This document shows, in pieces, positions 48,542 through 58,746 of a stretch of DNA of 64,000 nucleotides. This DNA comes from an uncultured bacterium. Its GTDB lineage: Bacteria; RBG-13-66-14. The notes under the pieces are model-generated. The model saw only the letters and a program-made list of their open reading frames with translations. It ran no database searches and had not been told where the DNA came from. The position numbers and the translations under genes are program-made. Numbering within the stretch: position 1 is the first letter of the stretch; each line of letters opens with the position of its first letter. Location: positions 1,336 to 65,335 of the forward strand of contig CAZNZF010000002.1 in NCBI GenBank assembly GCA_964577465.1. Reading direction: 5' to 3'.

Positions 48542-49279
48542 ATGGAATGGTGGGAGACGTTCTTCGACGACGTCTGGCTCGAGGGCGGCTTCGGTCCCGC
48601 GGGCGCCGAGGCCCCGGTGGAAGAGATAGATTACCTCTGGCGGCAGTTGAAGCTACGCCCGGGGTCACGGCTGGCCGACATCTGCTGCGGCATCGGGCGG
48701 CACTCCATCCCCCTGGCGCGTCGGGGGGTGGAGGTGACGGGGGTGGATTTCTGCCCAAAATATCTCGAACGGGCCGAAGAGAGCGCCCGTGGATTGCCGG
48801 CGGCCTTCGTCCGCGCCGACATGCGCGAGACGGGCCTGGGGACGGGCGCCTTCGACGCGGTCATCAACATCTGGACCAGTTTCGGCTACTTCGCCGACGA
48901 GGACGAGAACGAGAGGGCGATGGTCGAATGGTCCCGGCTCCTGCGTCCCGGCGGCCGCCTGGTCATGTCCCTGGTCAACCGGGACGGACTCATGCACAAT
49001 TTCCAGCGGAAGCGGGGCGACGCCAGGCTCGGGTGGCTCCTTGCGGAGGAGTCCGAGCCGGATTACCTCACCGGTCGCATGACCGGCCGCTGGCTCTGGG
49101 TCTCACCCTCCGGGGAGCGCCACGCCCGGGAGATTAACCTCCGCAATTACGCCGTCCACGAGCTGGTCCGTATGGGCGCGCGGCACGGCCTGGAGATAGT
49201 GGATGCCCACGGCGACCTTCTAGGAGAGCCGGCCGGGCGCGAGCACACGCACATGTACCTGACCTTCGAGCGGGCCTGA
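48542..49279 (+). CDS. Class I SAM-dependent methyltransferase
   Basis: Motif I LADICCGIGRHS. Motif II/III LLRPGGRLVMS. Confidence 0.75.
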   Translation: MEWWETFFDDVWLEGGFGPAGAEAPVEEIDYLWRQLKLRPGSRLADICCGIGRHSIPLARRGVEVTGVDFCPKYLERAEESARGLPAAFVRADMRETGLGTGAFDAVINIWTSFGYFADEDENERAMVEWSRLLRPGGRLVMSLVNRDGLMHNFQRKRGDARLGWLLAEESEPDYLTGRMTGRWLWVSPSGERHAREINLRNYAVHELVRMGARHGLEIVDAHGDLLGEPAGREHTHMYLTFERA

Positions 49280-49405
49280 TCGCCGAGGGGCCGGGAGGCG
49301 GTAGGGTCACGGTGGAACGATAGGGCGAAATCAAACACACTCGGTTTGGACACGGCCTTGTTTCCCCGATTGCGAACCGGCGTCCATTTACCATATCTAC
49401 GCTAT

Positions 49406-49440
49406 AAAAAAGGCGACCCGTATGGGCCGCCTTTATTCTT
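49406..49440. terminator. Bidirectional rho-independent terminator
   Basis: A6-GGCGACCCGTATGGGCCGCC-TTTATTCTT. Confidence 0.55.
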
Positions 49441-49456
49441 GCTCCCGGAACTTGCG

Positions 49457-52207
49457 TTACCGGGCGATGATGAACCGCTGGGTGAGCACGCCTTCATCAG
49501 CCACCAGGCGGATGATGTACACGCCCGCGCTGGCACTGTTGGAATCCCAGGCCAAGGTATGCCGGCCCGCGGTCAGCTCGCCGGTCTGGATGGTGGAGAC
49601 GCGGCGTCCGGCCAGATCGAAGACGGCCAGCGTCACGTCCTGCGTCTCGGGCAGGGTGAAGGCGAAGTTGACCCTGCCGGATGTCGGGTTCGGGAAGGGA
49701 CTCTCGAGCGCCAGGGCCATGTCGGCGGTCGGACGGTATGACGCCTCGGCGGGGCCGTAGGAGACCGTGGTTCCGTCGGGTTTGATGGCCTCGATGTAGT
49801 AGTCGTAGTCGCCTTCCGCGGGTCGGTCGAGCCAGGCTCCGATGGTGCCGCCCTGGAGCGATTCGGTGTTGAGGCGGAGCCTTGAGCTGTCGCCTTGCTC
49901 GGCGCGGTAAATGTTGAAGCCGGCAAAGCCGGAGTCCGCGGTCCAGGTCAGCATGACGCCGTCCGAGGTGATTTTGGTTTCGATGGCGACCCAGGAGGCA
50001 CTCTCTTCGGGCACGCTCACCTGGATGTCGTCCACGTACCAGCCTTCGTTCGTTATATCATCGGAGTCGGAGACGAACCGGAATCGCAGTTGCACCACCG
50101 TGTCGGCGTAGGCGGTCAGATTGAGTACCCACTCCTGCCACGTGTACTGGGTGCCGTCGTGATTTTTTATCTGGAGCCAGCCGGAGCCGTCGTTGATATC
50201 GACATAGCCCATGTCTTGAGCGAACTGCAGCTCGTACCAGGTCCAGTAGCGCAGCTCCGCGGCGGCGGGGTTGATGTACACCGGCGGCGAGTAGAGGCAG
50301 GCGTTGATGTCTTTGACGTAATCGTCGCTCCCCATGCCCCCGCATTTCCACGAGTGTGAGGGTGAGTGCGAGCGGTAGTCGTCGACGTGCCATGCGTCGT
50401 TGTCGCCGTTATGGGTCCAGTACCACTCACCGCTCTCGACGTCGTCGTCTATCATATCGGCCGGCGAGAAGAGGGTGAAGAAGAGGTCCTGGGAGTCGAA
50501 GCCCTGGGATTGCACCGTCAGGGTGAACTCGAAGGAGTTGGGGGACCCGGACCCGGCGCTCACGTCGAAGCCGAAGGTGGAGGAACCGGAGTCGCCGGCG
50601 GGGATGGTGCCGAAATCTCCGTCGCCGTCGGTGATGGTGACGTCGGGGCTGGAGCAGGTGAGGGTGCCCGTGGTGCTCGGACCGGAGCCCTCACCCACGT
50701 TGTTGATGGTCACCTCGATTTCGATGGACTCACCGGGCTCGATGAGGCCGTCGGAGTCGGTGTCCGAGGTGACGGCCACGTCGCCGAGCTCGAAGCTGGG
50801 CTCCTCGGGGGACGGGGTCAGGGATTGCACCGCGGCCAGGACGTCTATGCGTCCCGAGCCGTAGTCGTTGTCCTTGCCCGCATCACCCAGGTCGATGGCG
50901 GTGTCCTCCAGGACCTGTTTCAGCTCCGCGGGGGTCAGCGTGTAGTCGGCGTCCAGCAGGAGGGCACAGGCGCCGGCGACGTGGGGGGTCGCCATGGAGG
51001 TGCCGTTCCACCCGTCCTGGTACGCGGTGTCCGAGGAGACGTAGCAGCTCTTGATGTTGACGCCGGGGGCGGACACGTCGGGCTTGATGCAGTCTTCGCT
51101 GCCCCATTCGTCGGTGGGGCCGCGGCTGGAGAATCCGGCGATGACATCGCCGGAGTCGGTGGCGCCCACGGTGATGACTTCGGGCACGTTGCCCGGGGTG
51201 CGCAGCGTCATGGGGCCGGGCCCCTCGTTGCCGGCGGCGATGACCAGGGCGGTGCCGGCGGCGATGGCGTTCTGGGCGTTGGTGCGCCACGTGGGCTTAT
51301 CCGGATTCCAGGAGTCGATCCAGCCCAGGGAGTTGGAGACCACGTCCGCGCCGAAATCCACGGCCCCCTGCCAGGAGGCCCACACGGACAGCTCGCCCTG
51401 GTGGTTGCCGTACATGTAAAGGCGGTGGGCGCCGTAGTTGTATTCGGGCGCCACGCCGGCCTGGGTCCCGGCGGTGCCGTCGGAGCCCACGCTGCCCGCG
51501 CAGTGCGTGCCGTGCTCCTCACCGGACGAGAAATAGGGGTCGGGGTCGTTGTCCGCGTAGTCGTAGCTGATCGAGGGGTCGTAGTGGCTGGCGAGGTCGT
51601 GGTGTGTGTAGCGCTGGCCCGTGTCTCCGATTACTACGGAGACGCCCGCGCCGGTGTAACCCAGGTCCCAGACGGCGGGGGCGTTGACCTTATCCACCCC
51701 CCAGGCGATCTCGCGGCCGTTGTCGTACACGGTGAGGGGTTCGGCGCTCTCGCCGGCCTTGAATCCGAGCCCGATCCACTGACCGTCGCCGTCGGCGCCG
51801 CGGGTGATGCGGGCCACCTCGGGCCGTTGGGCCACCTCGAGGATGGCCTTCGGGGTCAGCTCGGCGTAGACGAAGTTGGAGATCCAGAACGGGCGGTAGG
51901 CGCCCACCGAACCGTTGGTCTGGTTGGCGGTCAACCATCGCAGCAGGCCCTCCTGCTCGGTCGAGGCCACGTTCTTGAGCCAGCCGGTGACGGCCGCCCG
52001 GGCCTCGTCCCGCGTGCGGCCCAGCCAGAGTTGGGCCGTCGTCGCCCGGTCGAGCTGGGTCTGCAGGGTGATGTAGCAGGGGAGCAACTCATTATCGGTG
52101 CTCGTGGCCACGTAGCCCTGGAGGTAATCGGTTAGCTTGGCCTCGGGCTCCACGGCCATGGAGCTGAAGGCTAAAACTAATGCCAACAATATCAATATCT
52201 TCCGCAT
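49457..52207 (-). CDS. Secreted subtilisin-like serine protease (S8) with C-terminal T9SS-type sorting/FlgD-Ig-like domain
   Basis: Signal peptide MRKILILLALVLAFSSMA. Catalytic triad motifs VIGDTG, HGTHCAG, GTSMATPHVAG. C-terminal TLAVFDLAGRRV...GVYIIRL typical of a Por-secretion CTD. Confidence 0.8.
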   Translation of the reverse strand: MRKILILLALVLAFSSMAVEPEAKLTDYLQGYVATSTDNELLPCYITLQTQLDRATTAQLWLGRTRDEARAAVTGWLKNVASTEQEGLLRWLTANQTNGSVGAYRPFWISNFVYAELTPKAILEVAQRPEVARITRGADGDGQWIGLGFKAGESAEPLTVYDNGREIAWGVDKVNAPAVWDLGYTGAGVSVVIGDTGQRYTHHDLASHYDPSISYDYADNDPDPYFSSGEEHGTHCAGSVGSDGTAGTQAGVAPEYNYGAHRLYMYGNHQGELSVWASWQGAVDFGADVVSNSLGWIDSWNPDKPTWRTNAQNAIAAGTALVIAAGNEGPGPMTLRTPGNVPEVITVGATDSGDVIAGFSSRGPTDEWGSEDCIKPDVSAPGVNIKSCYVSSDTAYQDGWNGTSMATPHVAGACALLLDADYTLTPAELKQVLEDTAIDLGDAGKDNDYGSGRIDVLAAVQSLTPSPEEPSFELGDVAVTSDTDSDGLIEPGESIEIEVTINNVGEGSGPSTTGTLTCSSPDVTITDGDGDFGTIPAGDSGSSTFGFDVSAGSGSPNSFEFTLTVQSQGFDSQDLFFTLFSPADMIDDDVESGEWYWTHNGDNDAWHVDDYRSHSPSHSWKCGGMGSDDYVKDINACLYSPPVYINPAAAELRYWTWYELQFAQDMGYVDINDGSGWLQIKNHDGTQYTWQEWVLNLTAYADTVVQLRFRFVSDSDDITNEGWYVDDIQVSVPEESASWVAIETKITSDGVMLTWTADSGFAGFNIYRAEQGDSSRLRLNTESLQGGTIGAWLDRPAEGDYDYYIEAIKPDGTTVSYGPAEASYRPTADMALALESPFPNPTSGRVNFAFTLPETQDVTLAVFDLAGRRVSTIQTGELTAGRHTLAWDSNSASAGVYIIRLVADEGVLTQRFIIAR

Positions 52208-52406
52208 GGAGCCCCCATTGGCTTGTGTTTCGTTATCGTTAAGGTTGGCCTGAGTAAAGCTACAACCTTCACCAGCTAAACTAGCGGAAAAAATCCTAAT
52301 TGTCAAATTTAACTTCGAGCGTGAAAGGATTGATAGCTCTGCCTTTTGCCGATGTATCACCCCGGAGATAAAGAGAGGTCCTTATTATTGAACGCAAGAT
52401 ACGTGC

Positions 52407-52434
52407 GAAAAGGGGGTGTGCCCCCCTTTTTATT
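52407..52434. terminator. Rho-independent terminator immediately downstream of dnaA
   Basis: GAAAAGGGGGTGTGCCCCCC followed by a T5 run on the plus strand. The minus-strand reading is also hairpin-competent with a 4-T tail. Confidence 0.5.
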
Positions 52435-52453
52435 TGGCCCAATAACGCAGGAT

Positions 52454-53755
52454 TTAATCGCCGCCGGCGCTGGCGATGCGCTCCAGCTTGCTCACCAGGG
52501 CGGCCGTATCGGCGTCGTTTTCCACCACGTCGCGGATTTTATTGTAGCTGTGGATGACGGTGGAGTGGTCGCGTCCGCCGAACTGGAGCCCGATTTCGTG
52601 GAGCTTCGCGTCGGTCAGGTTTCTCGCCAGGTACATGGCCACCTGCCGCGGGAAGACGACCGAGGCGTTGCGCGTTTTGGACAGAAGCTCGCCCAGCGCC
52701 ACCTCGAAGTGGTCGCAGACCACCCGCTGAATCGTACCGATGGAGACCCGGGGGGTCTCGCGGCCGAGGATGTTGGACAGAACCTCGCGGGCCATCTTGG
52801 CGGAAATCGGCTGCTCGCTGATGGCGCTGAAGGCCGACAGCCGCAGAATCGCCCCCTCGATGGTGCGGATGTTCGACCGCACCCGCTGGGCGATGAGGTC
52901 GACCACCTCGTCGGGAAGGTGGATGCCCTCGTTCTCGGCCTTGGCCTGGATGATGGCGATGCGGGTTTCGATGTCCGGCGGTTGGATGTCGATGAGCAGG
53001 CCCCATTCGAAACGGGTGACCAGCCGTTCGTCGAGCTTTATCTCCGCCGGCGGACGGTCCGAGGTGAATACGATCTGCTTCGAGTTGTTGTACAGGGTGT
53101 TGAAGGTGTGGAAGAGCTCCTCCAGCGTAGCCTCTTTCCCGGCCAGGAACTGGAGGTCGTCGATTAAAAGGATGTCCAGGTTGCGGTACTTGGCCCGCAG
53201 GTCCGAGGAGCGGTCGTAGCGGATGGCTTCGATGAACTCGTTGGTGAACTCCTCGCTGGTGACGTAGGCGGTGCGCAACTCCCTGCGCGACTGGAAGGAT
53301 TCGTGGCCGATGGCGTGCAGAATGTGGGTCTTACCCAGCCCCACGCCGGCGTAGATGAAGAGCGGGTTGTAAATCTGGCCGGGCCGCTCGACGACGGCCT
53401 GGGCTGCGGCGTAGGCGGTGGAGTTGCCGCGCCCGACCACGAAGCTCTCGAAGGTGTACTTGGGGTTGTACGGGTTGCGGGGCGAGATCGGCTTCTTCCC
53501 CCCTCCGTTGTTCCGGGCCACCAGGACGACCTCGAGGTCGCGGCCGCAGACGCTCGCGAACTCCCCCGTTATCTGCTCGAGGTAGGTCGAGCCCAGCCAG
53601 TCCACGTAGCGCTGGTTGGGCACCTCGAGGGTGACGAGGTCCTCGGTCAAGGCCCGGGGCTTTATGAGGGAGATGTAGGATTTGTAATGGTACGGGTCTA
53701 TTCGGGGCTTCAGGTTCCCGGAGACCTGGGCCCAGAGGTCCTTAAGCCGGTCCAT
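52454..53755 (-). CDS. dnaA: Chromosomal replication initiator protein DnaA
   Basis: AAA+ Walker [11 protein letters not shown], Walker [10 protein letters not shown], sensor and domain IV motifs. The start was chosen at MDRLKDLWA. Confidence 0.92.
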   Translation of the reverse strand: MDRLKDLWAQVSGNLKPRIDPYHYKSYISLIKPRALTEDLVTLEVPNQRYVDWLGSTYLEQITGEFASVCGRDLEVVLVARNNGGGKKPISPRNPYNPKYTFESFVVGRGNSTAYAAAQAVVERPGQIYNPLFIYAGVGLGKTHILHAIGHESFQSRRELRTAYVTSEEFTNEFIEAIRYDRSSDLRAKYRNLDILLIDDLQFLAGKEATLEELFHTFNTLYNNSKQIVFTSDRPPAEIKLDERLVTRFEWGLLIDIQPPDIETRIAIIQAKAENEGIHLPDEVVDLIAQRVRSNIRTIEGAILRLSAFSAISEQPISAKMAREVLSNILGRETPRVSIGTIQRVVCDHFEVALGELLSKTRNASVVFPRQVAMYLARNLTDAKLHEIGLQFGGRDHSTVIHSYNKIRDVVENDADTAALVSKLERIASAGGD

Positions 53756-53850
53756 GATCCTGTGTCCGTTCGTCGTTTGCCGGTTGACGCCGATTGGGGG
53801 ACGGGTTGATTGAGGGGGGGATTGCGTATCGGCTTGCCGCGTCGCGCAAT

Positions 53851-53956
53851 TTGTCCACAAAAACCGCGGACTGTATTTTTGGGTGACTCGTGGCTTTATA
53901 TGGGCCGGGTGCGGAGGCGTGGGGAGTTGTCAACCAAGAGTCGCACGTTATCCACA
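53851..53956. promoter_or_regulatory. DnaA-box region upstream of dnaA (candidate oriC / dnaA autoregulatory region)
   Basis: Perfect DnaA box TTATCCACA at 53948-53956. One-mismatch box TTGTCCACA at 53851-53859. AT-rich stretch in between. Confidence 0.45.
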
Positions 53957-54194
53957 AGTTGTTAACATCAGATGTAACAGCAATTTATGGTAGCACACCT
54001 GTAAAATCGGCTCAAGGGGGGAAGTGGGGTTTTTTACCCCGGCGGGGGTGTAAGGGCTTGGATTACAACGAGGAAAAAATTTATCGTGAATTTCGTCACC
54101 CAAAAGACGACCTATTGGACGGGTCTTTCGTTTTTTCGGGACCGGGACGCGGCGCCGCCTTTACTCACCCCGCAATGCGTCGTATAATCCGTCC

Positions 54195-55520
54195 ATGCTG
54201 GAATTCTGGCGCCTCCTCTACGACCTCGTTCTCGTCCCGGTCGTCCGCCTCGCCGCTCCCTTCGCCGCTCTGGTGAACGCCGAAGCGCGTTCCGGCCTGG
54301 CCGCCCGTCGTGGTTGGCGCGCCTCCCTGGAGGAGGCCGTCGGGCGTCTCGGACGGGACAAGCCGCGGCTGTGGTTCCACTGCGCTTCTTTGGGGGAGTT
54401 CGAGCAGGCCAGGCCCATCCTCGCCGAGCTGCGTCGGCGCCACGGAGACGGATTGGCCGTCTGCCTGAGCTTCTTCTCCGAAACCGGTCTGCGGCACGGC
54501 CGCCACGCGGGGCTGGCCGATTGCGTCTTTCTCCTGCCGTTGGATTCCCCGGCGGCGGCGCGGCGGCTCCTCGAGATTATTAAGCCCCATCTCGTGTGTT
54601 TCGTCAAGTTCGATCTGTGGCCGGAGCTGGCCTGGACCGCCCGGGAGACCGGGGTGCCCGTGGCCCTGGTCTCGGCCGCCGTCCACCGGCGTTCCGGGAC
54701 GGCCCGTCCACTCCTGCGCGGTTTTTATCGGGCGGTTTTCAGCGCCTGTAACTTAATCGGCGCCGCCGACGCCCTGAGTGCCCGTTTCCTCCGGGCCGTT
54801 TCTCACGCGGGGGTGGAGGTCGCCGGCGACTCCAAGTTCGACGCCGTCCTGTCGCGCCGCGATTCGGCCGGCGGACCGCCCATCCGTTTTGCGCACGCCG
54901 GGCCGATCCTCGTCTGTGGCAGCACCCACCCCCCCGATGATGAGGGGCTCCTGCCCATCCTCGTAAAACTCCTGGCCGAGCGGGAAGATTCGGCGGTGGT
55001 CCTGGCCCCCCACCACGTTGACGGGGGGCGTCTGGGGGGGATAGAATCCTTCTTGGGCGCCCGGGGGATTACCCCCGAAAGGCTTACGGCGGTGGTCGAG
55101 CGGGGAGGCGTCGCTGCGGGCCGACTGGTCCTCGTGGACACGGTGGGCTGCCTCTTCGAACTTTACTCCCTGGCCCGGGTGGCCTACGTCGGCGGCGGAT
55201 TTTGGGACCGAGGGCTGCACAACGTCCTGGAACCGGCGGCCTTCGGGGCGGCGCTGGTCTTCGGACCCCGAATCGGCAACTCGGCGGAGGCGGTGGAGCT
55301 CGCCGGGGCGGGTATCGCCGAGCGGGTCGGGGATTTCGACCAGCTGGAACGTGCGCTGCGACGGTTGTTAACGGACCCGACGGAAGCCCGCTCGAAGGGC
55401 GCCGCCGCGCGAAGGTACTGCGAGGAGCGGGCCGGCGCCTCCGCCCGCATCGCGGACCGCCTGGAGCGCCTGTACGGTTTGCCAGCTCCTCACCGGGGAG
55501 GCCGTGGGAATGATGGATAG
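54195..55520 (+). CDS. waaA: 3-deoxy-D-manno-octulosonic acid (Kdo) transferase
   Basis: WFHCASLGEFEQARPI N-terminal motif and GT30 fold. A TATAAT element 8 nt upstream of the ATG. Confidence 0.85.
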   Translation: MLEFWRLLYDLVLVPVVRLAAPFAALVNAEARSGLAARRGWRASLEEAVGRLGRDKPRLWFHCASLGEFEQARPILAELRRRHGDGLAVCLSFFSETGLRHGRHAGLADCVFLLPLDSPAAARRLLEIIKPHLVCFVKFDLWPELAWTARETGVPVALVSAAVHRRSGTARPLLRGFYRAVFSACNLIGAADALSARFLRAVSHAGVEVAGDSKFDAVLSRRDSAGGPPIRFAHAGPILVCGSTHPPDDEGLLPILVKLLAEREDSAVVLAPHHVDGGRLGGIESFLGARGITPERLTAVVERGGVAAGRLVLVDTVGCLFELYSLARVAYVGGGFWDRGLHNVLEPAAFGAALVFGPRIGNSAEAVELAGAGIAERVGDFDQLERALRRLLTDPTEARSKGAAARRYCEERAGASARIADRLERLYGLPAPHRGGRGNDG

Positions 55521-56556
55521 GCTCAAGCTACTGGCGCTCGTAGGCCTTTTCTGCGCCATTTTCCTCTCGGCCGCCTGCGAGGACTCCTCCGACGTGGAGG
55601 GCAAGTTCAAGCTGGGCGTCATCTACGGCCTGGGGGGCAGCAACGACAAGTCCTTCAACGAGGCGATAAAGCTGGCCGTGTCCCGGTCGGTGCGCGACTA
55701 CAGGGTCATCCTCACCGAGCGGGAGCCGCGCAACCAGCAGGAGTTGCAGGGCTTCCTGGAGGAACTGGCCTCGAGCGGCCTGGACTGCATCGTGGTGGCC
55801 TGCGATCCCTCCGACCTGGAGCCGGTGGCGCTCGCCCACCCGGACCAGCACTTCATCCTGGTGGACGGGGAAATCGAGATGGAGAACGTGATCGCCCTCT
55901 CGCTGGAAAGTCGCCGGGCCGCGGTTTCCATGGGCGTTATCGCGGCGATGACCACCCGGACGGGCCGAATAGGCTTCATCGGGGCCTTTGAGGACCGCTC
56001 CAGCCGGCGGGTGCTGGCCGGTTACCAGGAGGGGGCGATGCTCGCCGCCGGTTTCCTGCGCGACGCGGGGCTGGAGGTTCCCGAAATCGAAGTCATCGCG
56101 GATTTCATCGGCTCCGGGCCCGACGCCCTCAACAATCCGCAGCGCGCCGAGTTCCTGGCCCGTAAGCAGTACAGCCGCAACGTGGACATCATCTTCGCCT
56201 TCTGCGGCAAGAGCGCCGAGGCGGTCTTTCTGATGGCCAAGAACTACAACCGGCTGGCCATCGGCAGCGACCTCAACCAGAACTGGATCGAGAAGGGGCA
56301 CATCCTCACCAGCATGCTGCGCAACGTCAACGACGCGGTGTACGACGTCATGGAGAAGACCATCCACCAAGGCTTCACTGGTGGCTTAATAGATGTCCCG
56401 CTCGGCAACAACGACCTGGGGTACTACGTGGACCGCTACAACGATGCGCTGATGCCCGACGGGGCCGAGGAGATGGTCCGGCGGGTCTTCGCCGAGCTGG
56501 ACGCCCGGGAGGCGGAGATGCTGGCGGAGGAGCCGGTCGAGAAGCCGGTGATGTAA
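55510..56556 (+). CDS. BMP family (PnrA-like) ABC transporter substrate-binding lipoprotein
   Basis: Lipobox LSAAC. KLGVIYGLGGSNDKSFNEA pattern. Confidence 0.75.
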   Translation: MMDRLKLLALVGLFCAIFLSAACEDSSDVEGKFKLGVIYGLGGSNDKSFNEAIKLAVSRSVRDYRVILTEREPRNQQELQGFLEELASSGLDCIVVACDPSDLEPVALAHPDQHFILVDGEIEMENVIALSLESRRAAVSMGVIAAMTTRTGRIGFIGAFEDRSSRRVLAGYQEGAMLAAGFLRDAGLEVPEIEVIADFIGSGPDALNNPQRAEFLARKQYSRNVDIIFAFCGKSAEAVFLMAKNYNRLAIGSDLNQNWIEKGHILTSMLRNVNDAVYDVMEKTIHQGFTGGLIDVPLGNNDLGYYVDRYNDALMPDGAEEMVRRVFAELDAREAEMLAEEPVEKPVM

Positions 56557-56608
56557 AGGTATCGGATGCGACCGAAGGCGGGTTGGGGCCCGCCTTTTTA
56601 TACGGGAG

Positions 56609-56766
56609 AACGTAGGGCGCGGAACCGTGCGAATCGAGTTATACGAAGCAAATCCCTTCACCGCTGTTTCCGTTTGCGATGGCGTAGGGGCGGGCCTCTG
56701 TTCCCGCCCGCGAATGTACGGCGACCTCTGTACACCTGAACGCCGGGTGGGGAGTCCCTTCCCCGC
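56609..56766. repeat. REP-like elements (same family as 29745-30035) in intergenic region
   Basis: AACGTAGGGCGCGG at 56609. GCGTAGGGGCGGGCCTCTGTTCCCGCCC at 56681-56708. GGGTGGGGAGTCCCTTCCCCGCC at 56744-56766. Confidence 0.45.
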
Positions 56767-56865
56767 CGTGCCTGTAAGCGAGCTGCTTCCCCATATGGGA
56801 AAGGAGCCTGGAATCTCGGGCGGGACGTGTTGAGCCCGCTCTTTTTTATGCGTGAACCGAGCGGT

Positions 56866-57906
56866 TTAAAGTCCAGACAAACCTTTCAGCGTCTCCCCGT
56901 ATGGCGGTCGGACGACCCCGCGCTCGGTGACGAAGGCGGTGATGTAGCGGTACGGGGTCACGTCGAAGGCGGGGTTGAAGACGGTCACCTCCGGCGGCGC
57001 GGTCTGTACGCCGCGGAACCGGCGGACCTCGTCGGGTTCGCGTTCCTCGATGGGAATCCCGTCCCCGGTGGGGAGGCTGAAATCGAAAGTGGAGAGCGGG
57101 GCGGCGACGTAGAACGGCAGGCCGTGCTCCCGGGCCAGGACGGCCAGGCCGTAGGTGCCGATTTTGTTGGCCGTGTCACCGTTGGCGGCGATGCGGTCCG
57201 CCCCGGTGATTACGCAGTCCACCAGGCCGCGGGCCATGACCGTGGCCGCCATGTCGTCGCAGATGAGCGTGACCGGTACGCCGGATTTCTCCAGCTCCCA
57301 GGCGGTGAGCCGCGCCCCCTGCAACAGCGGCCGGGTTTCGTCGGCGAAGACGCGGATTTTTTTGCCCGCCTCCACCGCGGCGTAGACGACGCCCAGGGCG
57401 GTGCCGTAGTCCACGGTGGCCAGCCCCCCGGCGTTGCAGTGGGTCAGAACGGAAGAGCCGTCCGCCAGGAGCGCCTGACCGTGGCGCCCGATGGCCCGGC
57501 AGGTGTCCCGGTCCTCGGCCAGGATGGCGAGCGCCTCGTCGAGGAGGGCCCGTTTCACGGCCTCCGGCTCCGCGTCGGGCATCCCCTCGACCGCGGACGT
57601 CATCCGCTCCAGGGCCCAGGTGAGGTTGACCGCCGTAGGGCGGCTCGACGCCAGGTAATCCGCCGCTTGACGAAGCGCCTTTTTGAGGCTATCGTATGTG
57701 GTGAAAGCGCCGTCCCGGACGGCGACGTACAGACCCAGCGCCGCCGCGACACCGATGGCCGGAGCGCCCCGGACCTCGAGCCGGTGAATCGCCCGGTGGA
57801 CGTCCTCGACGGTCTCCAGGACGACGTAGCGCTCCTCGGTCGGCAGCCGGGTCTGGTCGAGGATGACCAGCGAGTCTTTCTCCCAGGCGATGGTTTTCAC
57901 CGGCAC
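56866..57906 (-). CDS. mtnA: eIF-2B alpha/beta/delta family isomerase (S-methyl-5-thioribose-1-phosphate isomerase MtnA-like)
   Basis: LVILDQTRLP N-terminus. THCNAGGLATVDYGTALGV and GADRIAANGDTANKIGTY motifs. GTG start at 57906. Confidence 0.75.
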   Translation of the reverse strand: MPVKTIAWEKDSLVILDQTRLPTEERYVVLETVEDVHRAIHRLEVRGAPAIGVAAALGLYVAVRDGAFTTYDSLKKALRQAADYLASSRPTAVNLTWALERMTSAVEGMPDAEPEAVKRALLDEALAILAEDRDTCRAIGRHGQALLADGSSVLTHCNAGGLATVDYGTALGVVYAAVEAGKKIRVFADETRPLLQGARLTAWELEKSGVPVTLICDDMAATVMARGLVDCVITGADRIAANGDTANKIGTYGLAVLAREHGLPFYVAAPLSTFDFSLPTGDGIPIEEREPDEVRRFRGVQTAPPEVTVFNPAFDVTPYRYITAFVTERGVVRPPYGETLKGLSGL

Positions 57907-57978
57907 GGCGCGACCTCCGGTAGGGTTGACCGCTAAACCATCCCATCTCGGGGGCGCCCTGTCAAGCCCCGTGACATA

Positions 57979-58623
57979 ATGGAACAAGACAATCAAGGTT
58001 GGCGCGGGATTCGCCGTTACCTGCTGTTGTCCCTGCTGGTCAACCTGCTGATTCTGATGTGGGTCATCCGGCTGGGGGTGGCGCGGGGGGAGCCGCCGAA
58101 CCGCAGCGGAGGGCCCATCAGCGTCCTGTCCATCGTCACCGAACCCGACGCCGAGCCGCAGCGCCTGGCGACCATCCGCCAGCTCATCGACGGGGTTACG
58201 CAGCCCATCGTGGTCGAGGACAGGGACATCGAGACGGAGAAGGAGCAGGGGCAGCCGGAGGAGGCGAGCGACCAGACGACGCCGGCGGTGGAGACCTTCG
58301 ACTTCCGCTACAACTACAACGTGCCGGCCGTCATCGTCCAGCCGGTCCTCGTCGGCGGGCGGCACGACCCGGTCATGCCGGAGTCCCTCGCCAGCTCCCG
58401 GTGGGAGGGGACGGTCACGCTGGGGCTCCTGATTGACTCCCAGGGGCGGCTGGTGGACCTGTGGGTGGAGGAGTCCTCCGGCCGGGAGGACGCCGACCGC
58501 GACGCCCTGACCTGCTACCGCGACACCCAGTGGCGGCCGGCCACCGTGGACGGGAAGCCCACCATCTGCCGGCTCTTCGTGAAGGTGCCCTACGAGATGG
58601 CCTACCAGACGACCATGTTTTAG
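57979..58623 (+). CDS. TonB family protein (energy transducer, C-terminal TonB domain)
   Basis: N-terminal TM anchor. Pro/Glu-rich linker. C-terminal WEGTVTLGLLIDSQGRLVDLWVEESSG... Confidence 0.7.
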   Translation: MEQDNQGWRGIRRYLLLSLLVNLLILMWVIRLGVARGEPPNRSGGPISVLSIVTEPDAEPQRLATIRQLIDGVTQPIVVEDRDIETEKEQGQPEEASDQTTPAVETFDFRYNYNVPAVIVQPVLVGGRHDPVMPESLASSRWEGTVTLGLLIDSQGRLVDLWVEESSGREDADRDALTCYRDTQWRPATVDGKPTICRLFVKVPYEMAYQTTMF

Positions 58624-58746
58624 CCGGGGACGTGGTGCTGAAATGATGCGGTTTGTCGGCGGCCGACGGGGGCCGCTGTTTTATTGTAAAATCGGGCCGG
58701 TCGCAGCCGACGTTTTCCCGCCTGATTCTGGAGTTTTATAAACCGC

